A stretch of 64,000 nt of DNA from the NCBI GenBank assembly GCA_964505555.1, contig CAZDIO010000102.1, positions 13,355 through 77,354 on the forward strand, written 5' to 3'. Source of the stretch: an uncultured Bdellovibrionales bacterium (GTDB lineage: Bacteria > Bdellovibrionota_C > UBA2361 > SZUA-149 > CAZDIO01). The notes under the pieces were generated by a model that saw only the letters and a program-made list of their open reading frames with translations, was not told the DNA's origin and made no database searches. The position numbers and the translations under genes were made by a program. Below are positions 39,131 through 48,409 of this stretch, piece by piece; position 1 is the first letter of the stretch; each line of letters starts with the position of its first letter.

Positions 39131-39913
39131 GTGGCCATGGCAAAAGTCTTTGCAATAGTGAATCAAAAGGGGGGAGTTGGAAAAACTACCACCGCTGCAA
39201 ATTTGGCCGCCGCGCTATCTGAGCGAGGTCAAAAAGTGCTTGTTATTGATCTTGATGCTCAAGCAAATCTCTCTGCTCATTTTGGAAGTTCCGTAGATGA
39301 TCAGAGTGAGCAGCTTACAATGTATGATGTGCTCAGGCACAACGCCCCGATTGAAAAAGCAATAATAAACCTCTCTTCGAACTTAAGTATCGTTCCTGCA
39401 AGCCTCCTACTAAGTGCTGCAGATTTAGAGCTTGGTGGTGTTATCGGTCGTGAGTTACTTCTTAAAAAAGCTCTTCAACCGGTAATTGATGACTATGATT
39501 ACACGATCATTGATTGCCCACCCTCACTGGGGATGCTCTCCCTCAATGGGCTTGTTGCTGCTTCACGAGTTATCGTTCCTGTTCAAAGTGAGTTTTTAGC
39601 CCTTCACGGCGTAAGGCAGCTTCTTGATACGATTGACCAGGTACGAAGTGCCTACAACCCCTTACTTGCTGTGGGTGGAGTTCTTCTCTGTCTTCATGAT
39701 TCAAGAAGGAGACTGGCGCGGAGTGTTGCCGATACGGTGCGCGAATATTTTGGAGATCTTGTTTTTGAAACTGTCATTCGCACAAACGTTGCCCTTGCTG
39801 AAGCACCTGCCCAGGGGGACTCAATTTTTCAATACGACCGCCGCTCAAGCGGTGCTGAAGATTATGCTAGCCTTGCAGAGGAGATACTAAGCCGTGGCAA
39901 AAAAGAAGGTTAA
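39131..39913 (+). CDS. parA: ParA/Soj-family partition ATPase
   Basis: Deviant Walker A KVFAIVNQKGGVGKTTTAANLAAAL. 260 aa. Confidence 0.9.
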   Translation: MAMAKVFAIVNQKGGVGKTTTAANLAAALSERGQKVLVIDLDAQANLSAHFGSSVDDQSEQLTMYDVLRHNAPIEKAIINLSSNLSIVPASLLLSAADLELGGVIGRELLLKKALQPVIDDYDYTIIDCPPSLGMLSLNGLVAASRVIVPVQSEFLALHGVRQLLDTIDQVRSAYNPLLAVGGVLLCLHDSRRRLARSVADTVREYFGDLVFETVIRTNVALAEAPAQGDSIFQYDRRSSGAEDYASLAEEILSRGKKEG

Positions 39914-40814
39914 ATTCAGTGTAAACCCACTTCTTGGGGGACCAAGTCTTGCATCACGAGCAAAGATGGGGAGCCCTTATCGGGAGCTTTTAATCGACGA
40001 GATCGATTTTGATCCTGATCAACCGCGACGAGTATTTAATGAAGAGCGACTTCAAGAGCTCGCTGATTCAATTAAAGAACACGGAATCATCTCACCAATA
40101 CTTGTTAAAGTAACAGAAGGGGGAACCTATAAGCTTGTATCTGGAGAGAGAAGACTTCGTGCCTCAAAAATTGCTGGATTAGAATCGATCCCCGCAGTTA
40201 TTGAAGACGATGATAAAAGTAGTGATGTAACCCTTCCTAAGCAGCTTGTAGAAAATCTCCAACGAGAAGATCTCACCGTAATGGAGAGGGCGATCGCTAT
40301 TGGCCAACTACGAGATGCTTACAAATTGAGCATTCGTGAGATCTCCTCAAAGCTTTCCATTTCAAAAGGACTCGTTCAGAGAAGCCTTGAAGTTCTCGAT
40401 CTCCCAGACGATCTTCAAGCAGCGTTAATAAACGGTGCCTCAGAGACGAAGATTCTCGTTTTAGCGAAAGTTTCGAATCGTGAATTGAGAAAAGAATTTA
40501 TCGCTCAACTTGATAATTTCACCCGAGCACAACTTGAAGAAGAGGTAGATCGGGTTACGACACTCTTAAATGGCGACAAAGAAGAGGTGTACCACGGTGG
40601 TACACCTCGTAGTCGAAAAAATGGAAGAAATAAACTTTCCCCTCAAGATGAGCAGTTAATTAATGATTTAAAAAACAAACTAGGAACAAGAGTTTCTTTA
40701 ATGCGCAGTCGTGGCAAAGAGGGGCAGGGGAAGCTGATGATCGAGTTCTATTCAGATAACGATCTAAGCGAGATCTTTCGACGACTTTGTCGAACCGCTA
40801 GCGATTCTCTTTAA
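39894..40814 (+). CDS. parB: ParB/Spo0J-family partition protein
   Basis: ParB N-terminal box ISPILVKVTEGGTYKLVSGERRLRASKIAGLESIPAVI and a central HTH. It overlaps the parA stop. Confidence 0.85.
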   Translation: MAKKKVKFSVNPLLGGPSLASRAKMGSPYRELLIDEIDFDPDQPRRVFNEERLQELADSIKEHGIISPILVKVTEGGTYKLVSGERRLRASKIAGLESIPAVIEDDDKSSDVTLPKQLVENLQREDLTVMERAIAIGQLRDAYKLSIREISSKLSISKGLVQRSLEVLDLPDDLQAALINGASETKILVLAKVSNRELRKEFIAQLDNFTRAQLEEEVDRVTTLLNGDKEEVYHGGTPRSRKNGRNKLSPQDEQLINDLKNKLGTRVSLMRSRGKEGQGKLMIEFYSDNDLSEIFRRLCRTASDSL

Positions 40815-40888
40815 GCGATTACATTTGTGCGCCAACTGTACCACGGCGGTACACTAATAACAGCACAACAACACAGGAAATTATCCAG

Positions 40889-41716
40889 TTGTCCGTAAAT
40901 TTCTCTAATAATTACAGTCAGTTACAAGAGATTATTGAATCTGCTGTTGTCAGTTCTCTTGAAAACAGTGGTCCACTCTCTGAAGTAATGAGCTATGCCG
41001 TGCTCTCTCCGGGAAAGCGAGTTCGACCAGTCTTAACCCTTGCTGTTTCAGAACTTATAGAGGTGGATAAGAAAAGGTTGATTCCTTTTAGTCTCGCAGT
41101 TGAGTTTATTCACTCAGCGTCACTGATCCATGATGATCTTCCCGCGCTTGATAATGATACTTTAAGACGGGGAAAGCCAACCGCGCATGTTCGATACGGA
41201 GAAGCGTTAGCACTTCTTGGAGGGGATGCGCTTTTTGGAAAAGCATTTCAAATCGTCTCCTCCTCTGGAGAGGATCCAGAGATGATTACCAAACTAAATT
41301 CCCTTCTTAGCCAGACCCTTTTTGATCTGTGTGAGGGACAGGCGATGGAGTTTGCGTATGACAAAGAGGAGATGCTGAATGAAGAGGACATTCGAAATAT
41401 TCATCTGAAAAAAACAGCCTCATTGCTCTCTGCAAGCGCTGCTGCTCCAGGGCTGTTTTTTGACAAAAACCCAAGTCTTTACGGCATCTTAGCCGAGTTT
41501 GGCAGTTGTCTCGGGCTTCTCTTTCAGATTACAGATGATATCCTTGATCAAGATGAAGAAAAGAAGACAACCTACATCCATGCGATCGGACTTGAGGGAA
41601 GTAAGGACCGGGCAAGAGAGGAGCACAGTAAGCTCCTTCAAATATTAAAACCCTTCGGTGAAAGGGCTTGGTTTCTTAGAGAGCTTTGTGACTATGTTCT
41701 CAATCGACAACAGTAA
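40889..41716 (+). CDS. Polyprenyl diphosphate synthase (trans-IPPS; FPP/GGPP synthase-like)
   Basis: First Asp-rich motif LIHDDLPALDNDTLRRGKPTAH and second motif QITDDILD. Confidence 0.85.
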   Translation: MSVNFSNNYSQLQEIIESAVVSSLENSGPLSEVMSYAVLSPGKRVRPVLTLAVSELIEVDKKRLIPFSLAVEFIHSASLIHDDLPALDNDTLRRGKPTAHVRYGEALALLGGDALFGKAFQIVSSSGEDPEMITKLNSLLSQTLFDLCEGQAMEFAYDKEEMLNEEDIRNIHLKKTASLLSASAAAPGLFFDKNPSLYGILAEFGSCLGLLFQITDDILDQDEEKKTTYIHAIGLEGSKDRAREEHSKLLQILKPFGERAWFLRELCDYVLNRQQ

Positions 41717-41734
41717 CGAAATAAGTCTGACAAA

Positions 41735-42571
41735 ATGAATCCTCCCTTTAGAAGATATCGATTTCTAAACACCCGCCCCAAACACCAGGCAGCATCTCTT
41801 TCAGAAATAGTTGTTAAAAACGGTGGAGAAGTAGTGGAGCTTCCCACACTTGAGATCTGTGCAGTTGAAGCTTCTCTCCAGAGAGATTTTGCAGAGGCGT
41901 TGCGCTCACTTCGAACAGGAGATTGGGTGTTTTTTACAAGTGCAAACGGAGTGAGAGAGGTTTGTAATTACCTGGAGAAGGAAAATCAGGAGGCACTAAA
42001 GGTGCTTTCTCAAGTAGGGATAGCCGTAGTGGGGGAGGTAACGAAAGAGGCTCTCTTTGAATTTGGAATTAAGGCCAGTTTCTGTGGGAAAACCGCTACT
42101 TCAAAATCACTTGGAGAGGAGTTTTTAGCGCAGCTTGGACAGAAGAGAAGGGGACAAAAAGCCCTTCTTTTTCAAGCAAAAAACGCCTCAGCAGAGCTTT
42201 CTGCGCTTTTGGAGGAGGGAGGATTTGAGGTGATAAACAGCGTGGTTTATTACTCAATCTGTCCTGAGGTTAGTAATGACCTGAGGGAGCAAGTGTATCG
42301 TTTAGTAAGAGAGAAGGCGCTTGATGGGATATTTTCTACAAGTAGTGAAGCGCTTCGAAATCTTAGTACTTTTTTTGAAGGTCATCTCCTTGAAGTGATA
42401 AGGAACACCCCTCTCTTTGTTATCGGCTCACAAACCGAAGCGACAGCGATGAAGCTTGGATTTAAGGAGATCTATCAGTCCCCTCATCCAAAGGTGAACT
42501 CTCTTGTAGAGACAGCTTTTCATTACTTTTCTACACAAAATCAATTACTGGAAGGAGGAGGACGAGTATGA
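41735..42571 (+). CDS. hemD: Uroporphyrinogen-III synthase
   Basis: 278 aa. N-terminus FLNTRPKHQAASLSEIVVKNGGEVVELPTLEI. HemD-like two-domain organisation directly upstream of hemB. Confidence 0.65.
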   Translation: MNPPFRRYRFLNTRPKHQAASLSEIVVKNGGEVVELPTLEICAVEASLQRDFAEALRSLRTGDWVFFTSANGVREVCNYLEKENQEALKVLSQVGIAVVGEVTKEALFEFGIKASFCGKTATSKSLGEEFLAQLGQKRRGQKALLFQAKNASAELSALLEEGGFEVINSVVYYSICPEVSNDLREQVYRLVREKALDGIFSTSSEALRNLSTFFEGHLLEVIRNTPLFVIGSQTEATAMKLGFKEIYQSPHPKVNSLVETAFHYFSTQNQLLEGGGRV

Positions 42572-43539
42572 GTTTTCCTAACACTCGGATGCGAAGACTA
42601 CGACAGAATATCGCTCTTCGTGCCCTTACGGAAGAAACGAAACTTTCAAGTAAGGATTTTATCGCTCCCCTTTTTATTGTTCCAGGAAGGGGAGTAAAAA
42701 AAGAGATCTCCTCGCTTGAGGGGCAGTTTCATCTAAGTGCTGATGCGGCTGTTGAAGAGGTGTATACGCTTAGGAAACTCGGGGTTAAATCGGTATTACT
42801 CTTTGGACTTCCTGAAAAAAAAGATGAGCGAGGGGAGGTAAGTTGTCTTCCCGATGGAGTAGTACAGCAAGCAATTAGTGCGATAAAGAAGGAAGTTCGT
42901 GAGGTGGCCATTATCGCTGACCTCTGTTTTTGTGAATACACAACCCATGGTCATTGCGGAATTATTGTTGATGGGGATGTGGATAATGATCTGACCTTGG
43001 AGATGACCGGAAAGCAGGCGATCTCCCTTGCTCGCGCTGGAGCGGACATTATCGCTCCATCGGGGATGATGGATGGGATGGTGCAAACGATCCGTTTAGC
43101 ACTGGATAAAGAACAATTTATAAACACGGCCATTATGAGCTACTCCGCTAAGTACTGCTCCTCTTTTTATGGGCCATTTCGAGAAGCGGTAGCCTCTTCC
43201 CCCTCTTTTGGGGACAGAAAAACGTATCAGATGAATCCTGCAAATAGCGAGGAAGCACTACGAGAAGTAGCTCTCGATCTGGAAGAGGGTGCTGATATTG
43301 TAATGGTAAAGCCAGCCCTCTCGTATCTGGATATTATTTCCCGAGTAAAAGAGAGATTTCATGTACCACTTGCTGCATACAACGTCAGTGGTGAGTATGC
43401 GATGGTGAAAGCCGCCGCAGAGAAAGGTCTTATTGATGGCGAAAAGGTAATGATCGAAACCCTCCTCTCTATAAAACGCGCCGGTGCAGATACGATCATC
43501 ACCTACTTTGCAAAGGAAGCAGCAACTTTTTTATCTTAG
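42568..43539 (+). CDS. hemB: Porphobilinogen synthase (delta-aminolevulinate dehydratase)
   Basis: Active-site region with metal-binding cysteines DLCFCEYTTHGHCG, VKPALSYLDII and AYNVSGEYAMVK. Confidence 0.9.
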   Translation: MSFPNTRMRRLRQNIALRALTEETKLSSKDFIAPLFIVPGRGVKKEISSLEGQFHLSADAAVEEVYTLRKLGVKSVLLFGLPEKKDERGEVSCLPDGVVQQAISAIKKEVREVAIIADLCFCEYTTHGHCGIIVDGDVDNDLTLEMTGKQAISLARAGADIIAPSGMMDGMVQTIRLALDKEQFINTAIMSYSAKYCSSFYGPFREAVASSPSFGDRKTYQMNPANSEEALREVALDLEEGADIVMVKPALSYLDIISRVKERFHVPLAAYNVSGEYAMVKAAAEKGLIDGEKVMIETLLSIKRAGADTIITYFAKEAATFLS

Positions 43540-43541
43540 AG

Positions 43542-43718
43542 GCTGTATCAAAACCTCAAGAAACCTTAGACTTAGGGTCTTTAAGCCTTCGACTTAAACT
43601 ACACTTAGCCTTGCTCCTGCACTTGCTAAGTGTAGTTTAAGGAGAGGTCGAAGTGAAAGTCTAAGATAGTGTATAAAAACTTTCAGAGCCTTTGATTTAG
43701 AAGGTTTTGATACAGCGT
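43542..43718. repeat. Nested imperfect palindrome (about 180 nt) downstream of hemB
   Basis: Outer arms ggctgtatcaaaacct / aggttttgatacagc. Middle arms cttagactt / aagtctaag. Inner 17-bp perfect arms cttaaactacacttagc / gctaagtgtagtttaag. Confidence 0.6.
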
Positions 43719-43781
43719 CCAAGTAAACACCTGTTTCTCTCTAGGGCGGGTTGGCTAAAGTACGTCGGGCTGTTTTTTTAA

Positions 43782-43869
43782 TGAACACAGAGTTTCACAG
43801 AGATCCACAGAGTAAAGAAAAAAGCTTTTAGATTTAACTCTGTGTAACCCTGTGAAACTCTGTGTTCAA
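43782..43869. repeat. Family A palindromic repeat, copy 2 (left arm degenerate)
   Basis: tgaacacagagtttcacagagatccacagagt ... aactctgtgtaaccctgtgaaactctgtgttcaa. Confidence 0.85.
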
Positions 43870-44020
43870 ACCTACTAAATGAAACGACGCTAGTTGAAAC
43901 CACCTCTATTTGACCCATATAAACCCTAGGGAACTTAAGCTTTAAATCATCGATAAAGATTATGAGGGCAATTCGTCTCTCATCACTATTACGAAATAGA
44001 CTTCAAATAGGGAGGCCATC

Positions 44021-45376
44021 ATGATCGTTACTGATTCACCATTTCGCACGCAATATAGCGCCAATAACGTTGCAATTCGAAACGGAGCAACAAGTACTAC
44101 GCCGGCGCAATTTAGTAATCTTTCTTTTCTTCGATCGACACCACCTTCTTTACCTTCAAGCAATCTCCTTGCCCCATCAAGTAGCGGAGGATTTGTTTCT
44201 CAAGTGCAGTCGATGCTGCAGCAAGTTTCGGTGCTGATGGATCTCATCGGTGCCGCAAGACAATCAGATCAAAGTGCTGGGGTTAGTCTCCTCGATGGGG
44301 CGAAACTCTTTTCTCAAAATGTTTCTCAGGAGCTTTTTAACCTTCAGACAAGAGGAGGTATCGGAGGGGTTTTTGATGCTGTTCCGACCTCTATAGATAG
44401 TCTTGGTACTGCCGCTCAACAGTACGTTCTTGGGAACCTCAAGCGAGAGTTTTTTGACGCAGTTGGTGAGGCGTTTGGGGTGGATGTTTCACAGCTTTCT
44501 GTAACAGATCTTGCCAATTTGGCTTATGAAAGCGTTTTTGGAGAGGGAACATCGCTCTCTAGTACCCTCTCAGATGGGGTGGCAGGAATCTTCTCCGGTC
44601 AGGATCCCTTTGTAGCAGGAGAACTTAGTGGAGAAATTGGTGGAGAAATAAGCACTGAAGTAGGCGGGGCAACTTCAGGAATTGGCCAATTTACAGGCGC
44701 TTTAGCAACCGCGTATTCTCTCTATGGAATAATTAATGACTGGGGAAAGAGCACCCCAGCCATGGGTGCGATGCGAGGTGCTACGGCTGGAGCGTACATC
44801 GGGAGTATTATTCCAGGAGTTGGAACTCTTATCGGAGGTGCCATCGGTGGGGTTGCGGGGGCGATCTCTGGATTGTTTCATAGTGGGAAGCATAAAAACC
44901 AGATTCAACGCGATCAGGTTCGAGAGTTTTTAAGAAATGCCCAAATTATCGATTCAGATAACTCCCTTCAGTTAGCAAATGGTGAACGTTTTGATATCGG
45001 AAAAGATGGAGGTGCTCGCTATCTTGGACTTGACGGAGTTGAGAGACGACCCTACGTGACTGACCCTTCAAATCCACTTACCGCTGAGGCGATAGGGCTT
45101 GTAAATCCGTTAGCAATAATTCTCACCGGAGGTGATCCTGGACTTTCTTCAGCTTTTGCAGGGTATTTTAGTAATGCCATCGTCAGTAACGCACAAGATC
45201 TCGAAGGCGTCCGCCAAAATGCCTTGGCGATATTCTCAAAATTTCAGGTTACCCCAGAGCAATTGATCGCTGGCTTAGAAAATCTTACTGCCTCCGGCAA
45301 AATCCCCCCAGAAGATTTTGCTGCATACGCAAACGGGGTAAGAACTCTCCTTGAAGGGTTTTCTTCACCTTCATAA
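44021..45376 (+). CDS. Hypothetical Gly/Ser-rich protein with a central glycine-zipper hydrophobic segment
   Basis: 451 aa. The central segment GATAGAYIGSIIPGVGTLIGGAIGGVAGAISGLF has a GxxxG-zipper pattern. Flanked by family A repeats on both sides. Confidence 0.3.
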   Translation: MIVTDSPFRTQYSANNVAIRNGATSTTPAQFSNLSFLRSTPPSLPSSNLLAPSSSGGFVSQVQSMLQQVSVLMDLIGAARQSDQSAGVSLLDGAKLFSQNVSQELFNLQTRGGIGGVFDAVPTSIDSLGTAAQQYVLGNLKREFFDAVGEAFGVDVSQLSVTDLANLAYESVFGEGTSLSSTLSDGVAGIFSGQDPFVAGELSGEIGGEISTEVGGATSGIGQFTGALATAYSLYGIINDWGKSTPAMGAMRGATAGAYIGSIIPGVGTLIGGAIGGVAGAISGLFHSGKHKNQIQRDQVREFLRNAQIIDSDNSLQLANGERFDIGKDGGARYLGLDGVERRPYVTDPSNPLTAEAIGLVNPLAIILTGGDPGLSSAFAGYFSNAIVSNAQDLEGVRQNALAIFSKFQVTPEQLIAGLENLTASGKIPPEDFAAYANGVRTLLEGFSSPS

Positions 45377-45390
45377 GAAGCGTTAGATTA

Positions 45391-45479
45391 TTGAACACAG
45401 AGTTTCACAGGGTTACACAGAGTTTGAACTATCTTACTTATCCCACACTCTGTGTAACCCTGTGAAACTCTGTGTTCAA
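45391..45479. repeat. Family A palindromic repeat, copy 3 (full length)
   Basis: ttgaacacagagtttcacagggttacacagagt ... cactctgtgtaaccctgtgaaactctgtgttcaa. Its right end overlaps the higB start. Confidence 0.9.
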
Positions 45480-45708
45480 CCTTCCTTTTTTGCTCAAAAA
45501 GTTTAAAAACATCTTTACTGCTATATCGAATAGTGATATTAATCTAGTGGTGATTCGATCGTACAAAAACATTGGCACACGTGATATTGCTGAGAATTCG
45601 AAAGCAGCGCGGCGACTGTTGCCGCAACCATTTAATGCTCAGTATCGCATTTGCTTTCTTTGGAATGGCATTGATGCTGACGCAGTTGAAATAGTGGATT
45701 ATCACTGA
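45472..45708 (+). CDS. higB: HigB-like (RelE/ParE superfamily) toxin. The start is uncertain and may lie a few codons downstream at a TTG.
   Basis: The C-terminus NAQYRICFLWNGIDADAVEIVDYH matches the HigB (plasmid maintenance system killer) signature. Confidence 0.6.
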   Translation: MFNLPFLLKKFKNIFTAISNSDINLVVIRSYKNIGTRDIAENSKAARRLLPQPFNAQYRICFLWNGIDADAVEIVDYH

Positions 45709-45732
45709 GAGATTACAAAAAAGGGCTTCAGC

Positions 45733-46026
45733 ATGTTGAAACCTAGGCGTGTTATAGCAGTGCATCCTGGAGAGATGCTTGAAGAGGTTCTTAAACAGAA
45801 CAAGATTAGCCAATCTTCCCTTGCCGCTCATCTCGGAGTTACTCAAGCAAAGATCAACGAAATCTGTCGTGGTAAGCGAGGAGTGACGCCAGATATGGCG
45901 ATGAAGTTCGGTAAAGCTTTTGGACAGAGCCCAATGTTTTGGATAAATATCCAAAAAAATTGGGAGATGAGCCAGCTCGATGAATCTGATTACAAAGACA
46001 TACAACGGATAAAATGTCGTGCGTAG
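45733..46026 (+). CDS. higA: HigA-like XRE-family HTH antitoxin
   Basis: IAVHPGEMLEEVLKQNKISQSSLAAHLGVTQAKINEICRGKRGVTPDMAMKFGKAFGQSPMFWINIQ, the canonical HigA antidote pattern. Confidence 0.75.
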   Translation: MLKPRRVIAVHPGEMLEEVLKQNKISQSSLAAHLGVTQAKINEICRGKRGVTPDMAMKFGKAFGQSPMFWINIQKNWEMSQLDESDYKDIQRIKCRA

Positions 46027-46142
46027 AAAGCAAGTAAAAGGATTTTACTGGACTTCTGCTGATGCACGGCGACTGCATTTGCTCTCTATTTGAATCCCGA
46101 CTGAGGATCTGGAGAGTTTTATTAAATTACAGCTTATGATTA

Positions 46143-46232
46143 TTGAACACAGAGTTTCACAGGGTTACACAGAGTGTGGGAATAATTAAGATAATTTAAA
46201 CTCTGTGTAACCCTGTGAAACTCTGTGTTCAA
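46143..46232. repeat. Family A palindromic repeat, copy 4 (full length)
   Basis: Same arms as copy 3. It shares the extended flanks gattattgaacac and caaccttccctttttgc with copy 3. Confidence 0.9.
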
Positions 46233-46482
46233 CCTTCCCTTTTTGCCTGTGGGCATGTGGAGTTACCGATTGCTCTAAGAAAAATCATTGATGAAGGCCA
46301 ATTAAGCTGAGGCAAATTGCCTCAGTAGATTCAAAATGCATCAGCGATCATTATTCTAACCCTCTGAAACTGTTCAGATCTTCTTTCACACCAAAGTTGG
46401 CATGACCTTGCAATAGAAACGGTAGGTTCTTGCTACAGGTTCTTTTTGTTTTTTAGTCAGAAAACTTAGCAAGGAGGACTTT

Positions 46483-47196
46483 GTGGTGAAAGGGACAACG
46501 GAAAAATTAACTGAAGAGCAGATTCCCCTCGTAATTGAAAATATTCTTTATGCAAAAAAACTGGCGAGGCAGTTTTATCAACAACGAAGCCACTTCGGTT
46601 TCGATGTTGAGGATTTTGAAGGCGCAGCATTGTTTGGATTATGTGACGCTGCAAGGAGGTTTGAGCCTGATAAGACACTTCATTTTAGAACATTTTCCTA
46701 TTTTCGCATTCGGGGTGCGATGTATGATCTGCTGCGACATGGGGGGGGAATTTCGAAGAAACACTTCAAGTGTTTCATTGAAAATCGAAATCAAACGGGA
46801 GAGGGGACAAAACCTCGAGCAGAGGAAGAAGGGAGCCTCCCCTATTCATTTGCAAGAACTGCTGAGGAGTTATCGAGCATTATTGCCACGATTGAAGAGA
46901 TCGATATCGCTGTGCATGTCAGCACGGACAGCGAGATTCCTGAACTCAGCTACGCACGAGACCTAAATCCTGAAGAGATCAATACCATTCGTGCAACCCG
47001 GTCCTATATTAGAAAACTTATCTCTCAACTTCCCACTGAACAACGAACCGTAATTGAACTTCGCTACTACAATGGCGCTACCTTTGATGAAATTAGCGCA
47101 AATCTCGGTGGGCACTCACGGAGTTGGGTTTCACGAACCCATGTTCGAGCTCTTGATAATTTGCGAGGGATGATTCTTAGCGAAAGGAGAGTGTAA
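46483..47196 (+). CDS. fliA: Sigma-28-type (FliA/WhiG family) RNA polymerase sigma factor
   Basis: Region 2 (FDVEDFEGAALFGLCDAARRFEPDKTLHFRTFSYFRIRGAMYDLLR) and region 4 HTH (TVIELRYYNGATFDEISANLGGHSRSWVSRTHVRALDNLR). 237 aa. Confidence 0.8.
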   Translation: MVKGTTEKLTEEQIPLVIENILYAKKLARQFYQQRSHFGFDVEDFEGAALFGLCDAARRFEPDKTLHFRTFSYFRIRGAMYDLLRHGGGISKKHFKCFIENRNQTGEGTKPRAEEEGSLPYSFARTAEELSSIIATIEEIDIAVHVSTDSEIPELSYARDLNPEEINTIRATRSYIRKLISQLPTEQRTVIELRYYNGATFDEISANLGGHSRSWVSRTHVRALDNLRGMILSERRV

Positions 47197-48131
47197 TGAC
47201 ATCCTCAAAATGGAAAGGAATTTTTCTTGCGCTCGTAGCGTTTTTTCAGGTCAGTTGTAAAGAGACCGTTCTTCATAACTTAGATGAGGTGCGAGCCAAT
47301 CAGGTAAAAGTAACACTAGAGAAACGAGGAATTACTGCGCAAAAGCTTTTTGAAGGGAGCGGATGGAGTATTCGAGTCAAGCGTGCTGACGAAACAGAGG
47401 CACTCTCGATTCTTGAAGAAAGCAGAGTTCTCAAACGGAATCTCCGAACCCCGATAGAACCACCAAAGGGGCTTATTCCAAGCCGAGAGGAACGAGCATC
47501 ATTTTCAGAACGGCAACTGGCGGCAAGTTTAGAAAGTACTCTTGAGCGCTTACCCTATGTGCTAGAAGCTCGAGTTCATCTGAACTTAAATGCCGAAGAG
47601 AACCTTCAAATGGTTTTGCCAAAAGAGGGCCATACGGGAAGTGCTCTGATTGTCACCGATGATCATATGCCTGATCATTTAGCAATTCAAAAATCTCAAG
47701 TACAACAACTCATTGCAGGAGCATCAGGAGTAAACCCACAATCAATCTCGGTAGTAATCGCCAAAGCAAGTGCTGAAAACTACGCAGAGCCACAGATCCA
47801 TAAAGTAGCAAAGCCAGTAGAGACGACGAAAAAAGATACTCCCTCCCATTCTCCATCGTGGATAAAAAAGCTGATAGTGCATGCTCGACAGTATCAAACA
47901 TTTTTAATCTATCTCGCTGGGGTATTAATTGCAGTTCTTGCACTCCGATTGATTTTTCGAAAAAACCCATTTCGAAGTGAGCAAACAATACCGAGTTTTC
48001 AAATGCCTCCTCTGAAGAACTCAAAAAATACCGTCTCCTCTGGTGTTCTGGTCAACGGTACCCAACACGGAAATGGCAGTCAGTTTAAACTGCAACCAAA
48101 CAAACAACATGAAACATTGGAGGTGTACTAA
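47196..48131 (+). CDS. sctJ: SctJ (YscJ/PrgK/EscJ/CdsJ-family) type III secretion inner-membrane ring lipoprotein
   Basis: Lipobox FFQVSC, SctJ-conserved blocks (ARVHLNLNAEEN; VQQLIAGASGVNPQSISVVI) and a C-terminal TM. 311 aa, which is injectisome-size, not FliF-size. Its ATG overlaps the fliA stop. Confidence 0.8.
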   Translation: MTSSKWKGIFLALVAFFQVSCKETVLHNLDEVRANQVKVTLEKRGITAQKLFEGSGWSIRVKRADETEALSILEESRVLKRNLRTPIEPPKGLIPSREERASFSERQLAASLESTLERLPYVLEARVHLNLNAEENLQMVLPKEGHTGSALIVTDDHMPDHLAIQKSQVQQLIAGASGVNPQSISVVIAKASAENYAEPQIHKVAKPVETTKKDTPSHSPSWIKKLIVHARQYQTFLIYLAGVLIAVLALRLIFRKNPFRSEQTIPSFQMPPLKNSKNTVSSGVLVNGTQHGNGSQFKLQPNKQHETLEVY

Positions 48132-48132
48132 G

Positions 48133-48408
48133 ATGATGGCTTCTTCTTTAAATATCCATTGCTCACGGCGATGTGAATTGCTTCTCTGCTTAAGTTATCT
48201 CCTTACCCCAGAAGCAGTTACTTCCATCGCCTCAAAATTAGCAACCAATCGCGATCAAGCCGCGAGAAACCTTGCTCAGGCGATGATGTCACTCTCTCCT
48301 CAGTATGTACGAGACCTGAGTTTAAAAACACTTGCCAATGCCGGAATGAGTATCGGTAATTATAAAAACCAAACGCATGCTCACGGGGTAGCCTCGAGGA
48401 AGTTGTAA
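48133..48408 (+). CDS. Small T3SS-associated protein of unknown role (about 92 aa)
   Basis: An ATG immediately after the sctJ stop. No clear motif. Called by position only. Confidence 0.3.
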   Translation: MMASSLNIHCSRRCELLLCLSYLLTPEAVTSIASKLATNRDQAARNLAQAMMSLSPQYVRDLSLKTLANAGMSIGNYKNQTHAHGVASRKL

Positions 48409-48409
48409 A

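Noticed and set aside
45544-46005. A 153-aa minus-strand ORF overlapping higB and higA.
   Set aside because: It is antisense to two well-supported genes with strong family signatures. It has no motif of its own and is likely a shadow ORF.
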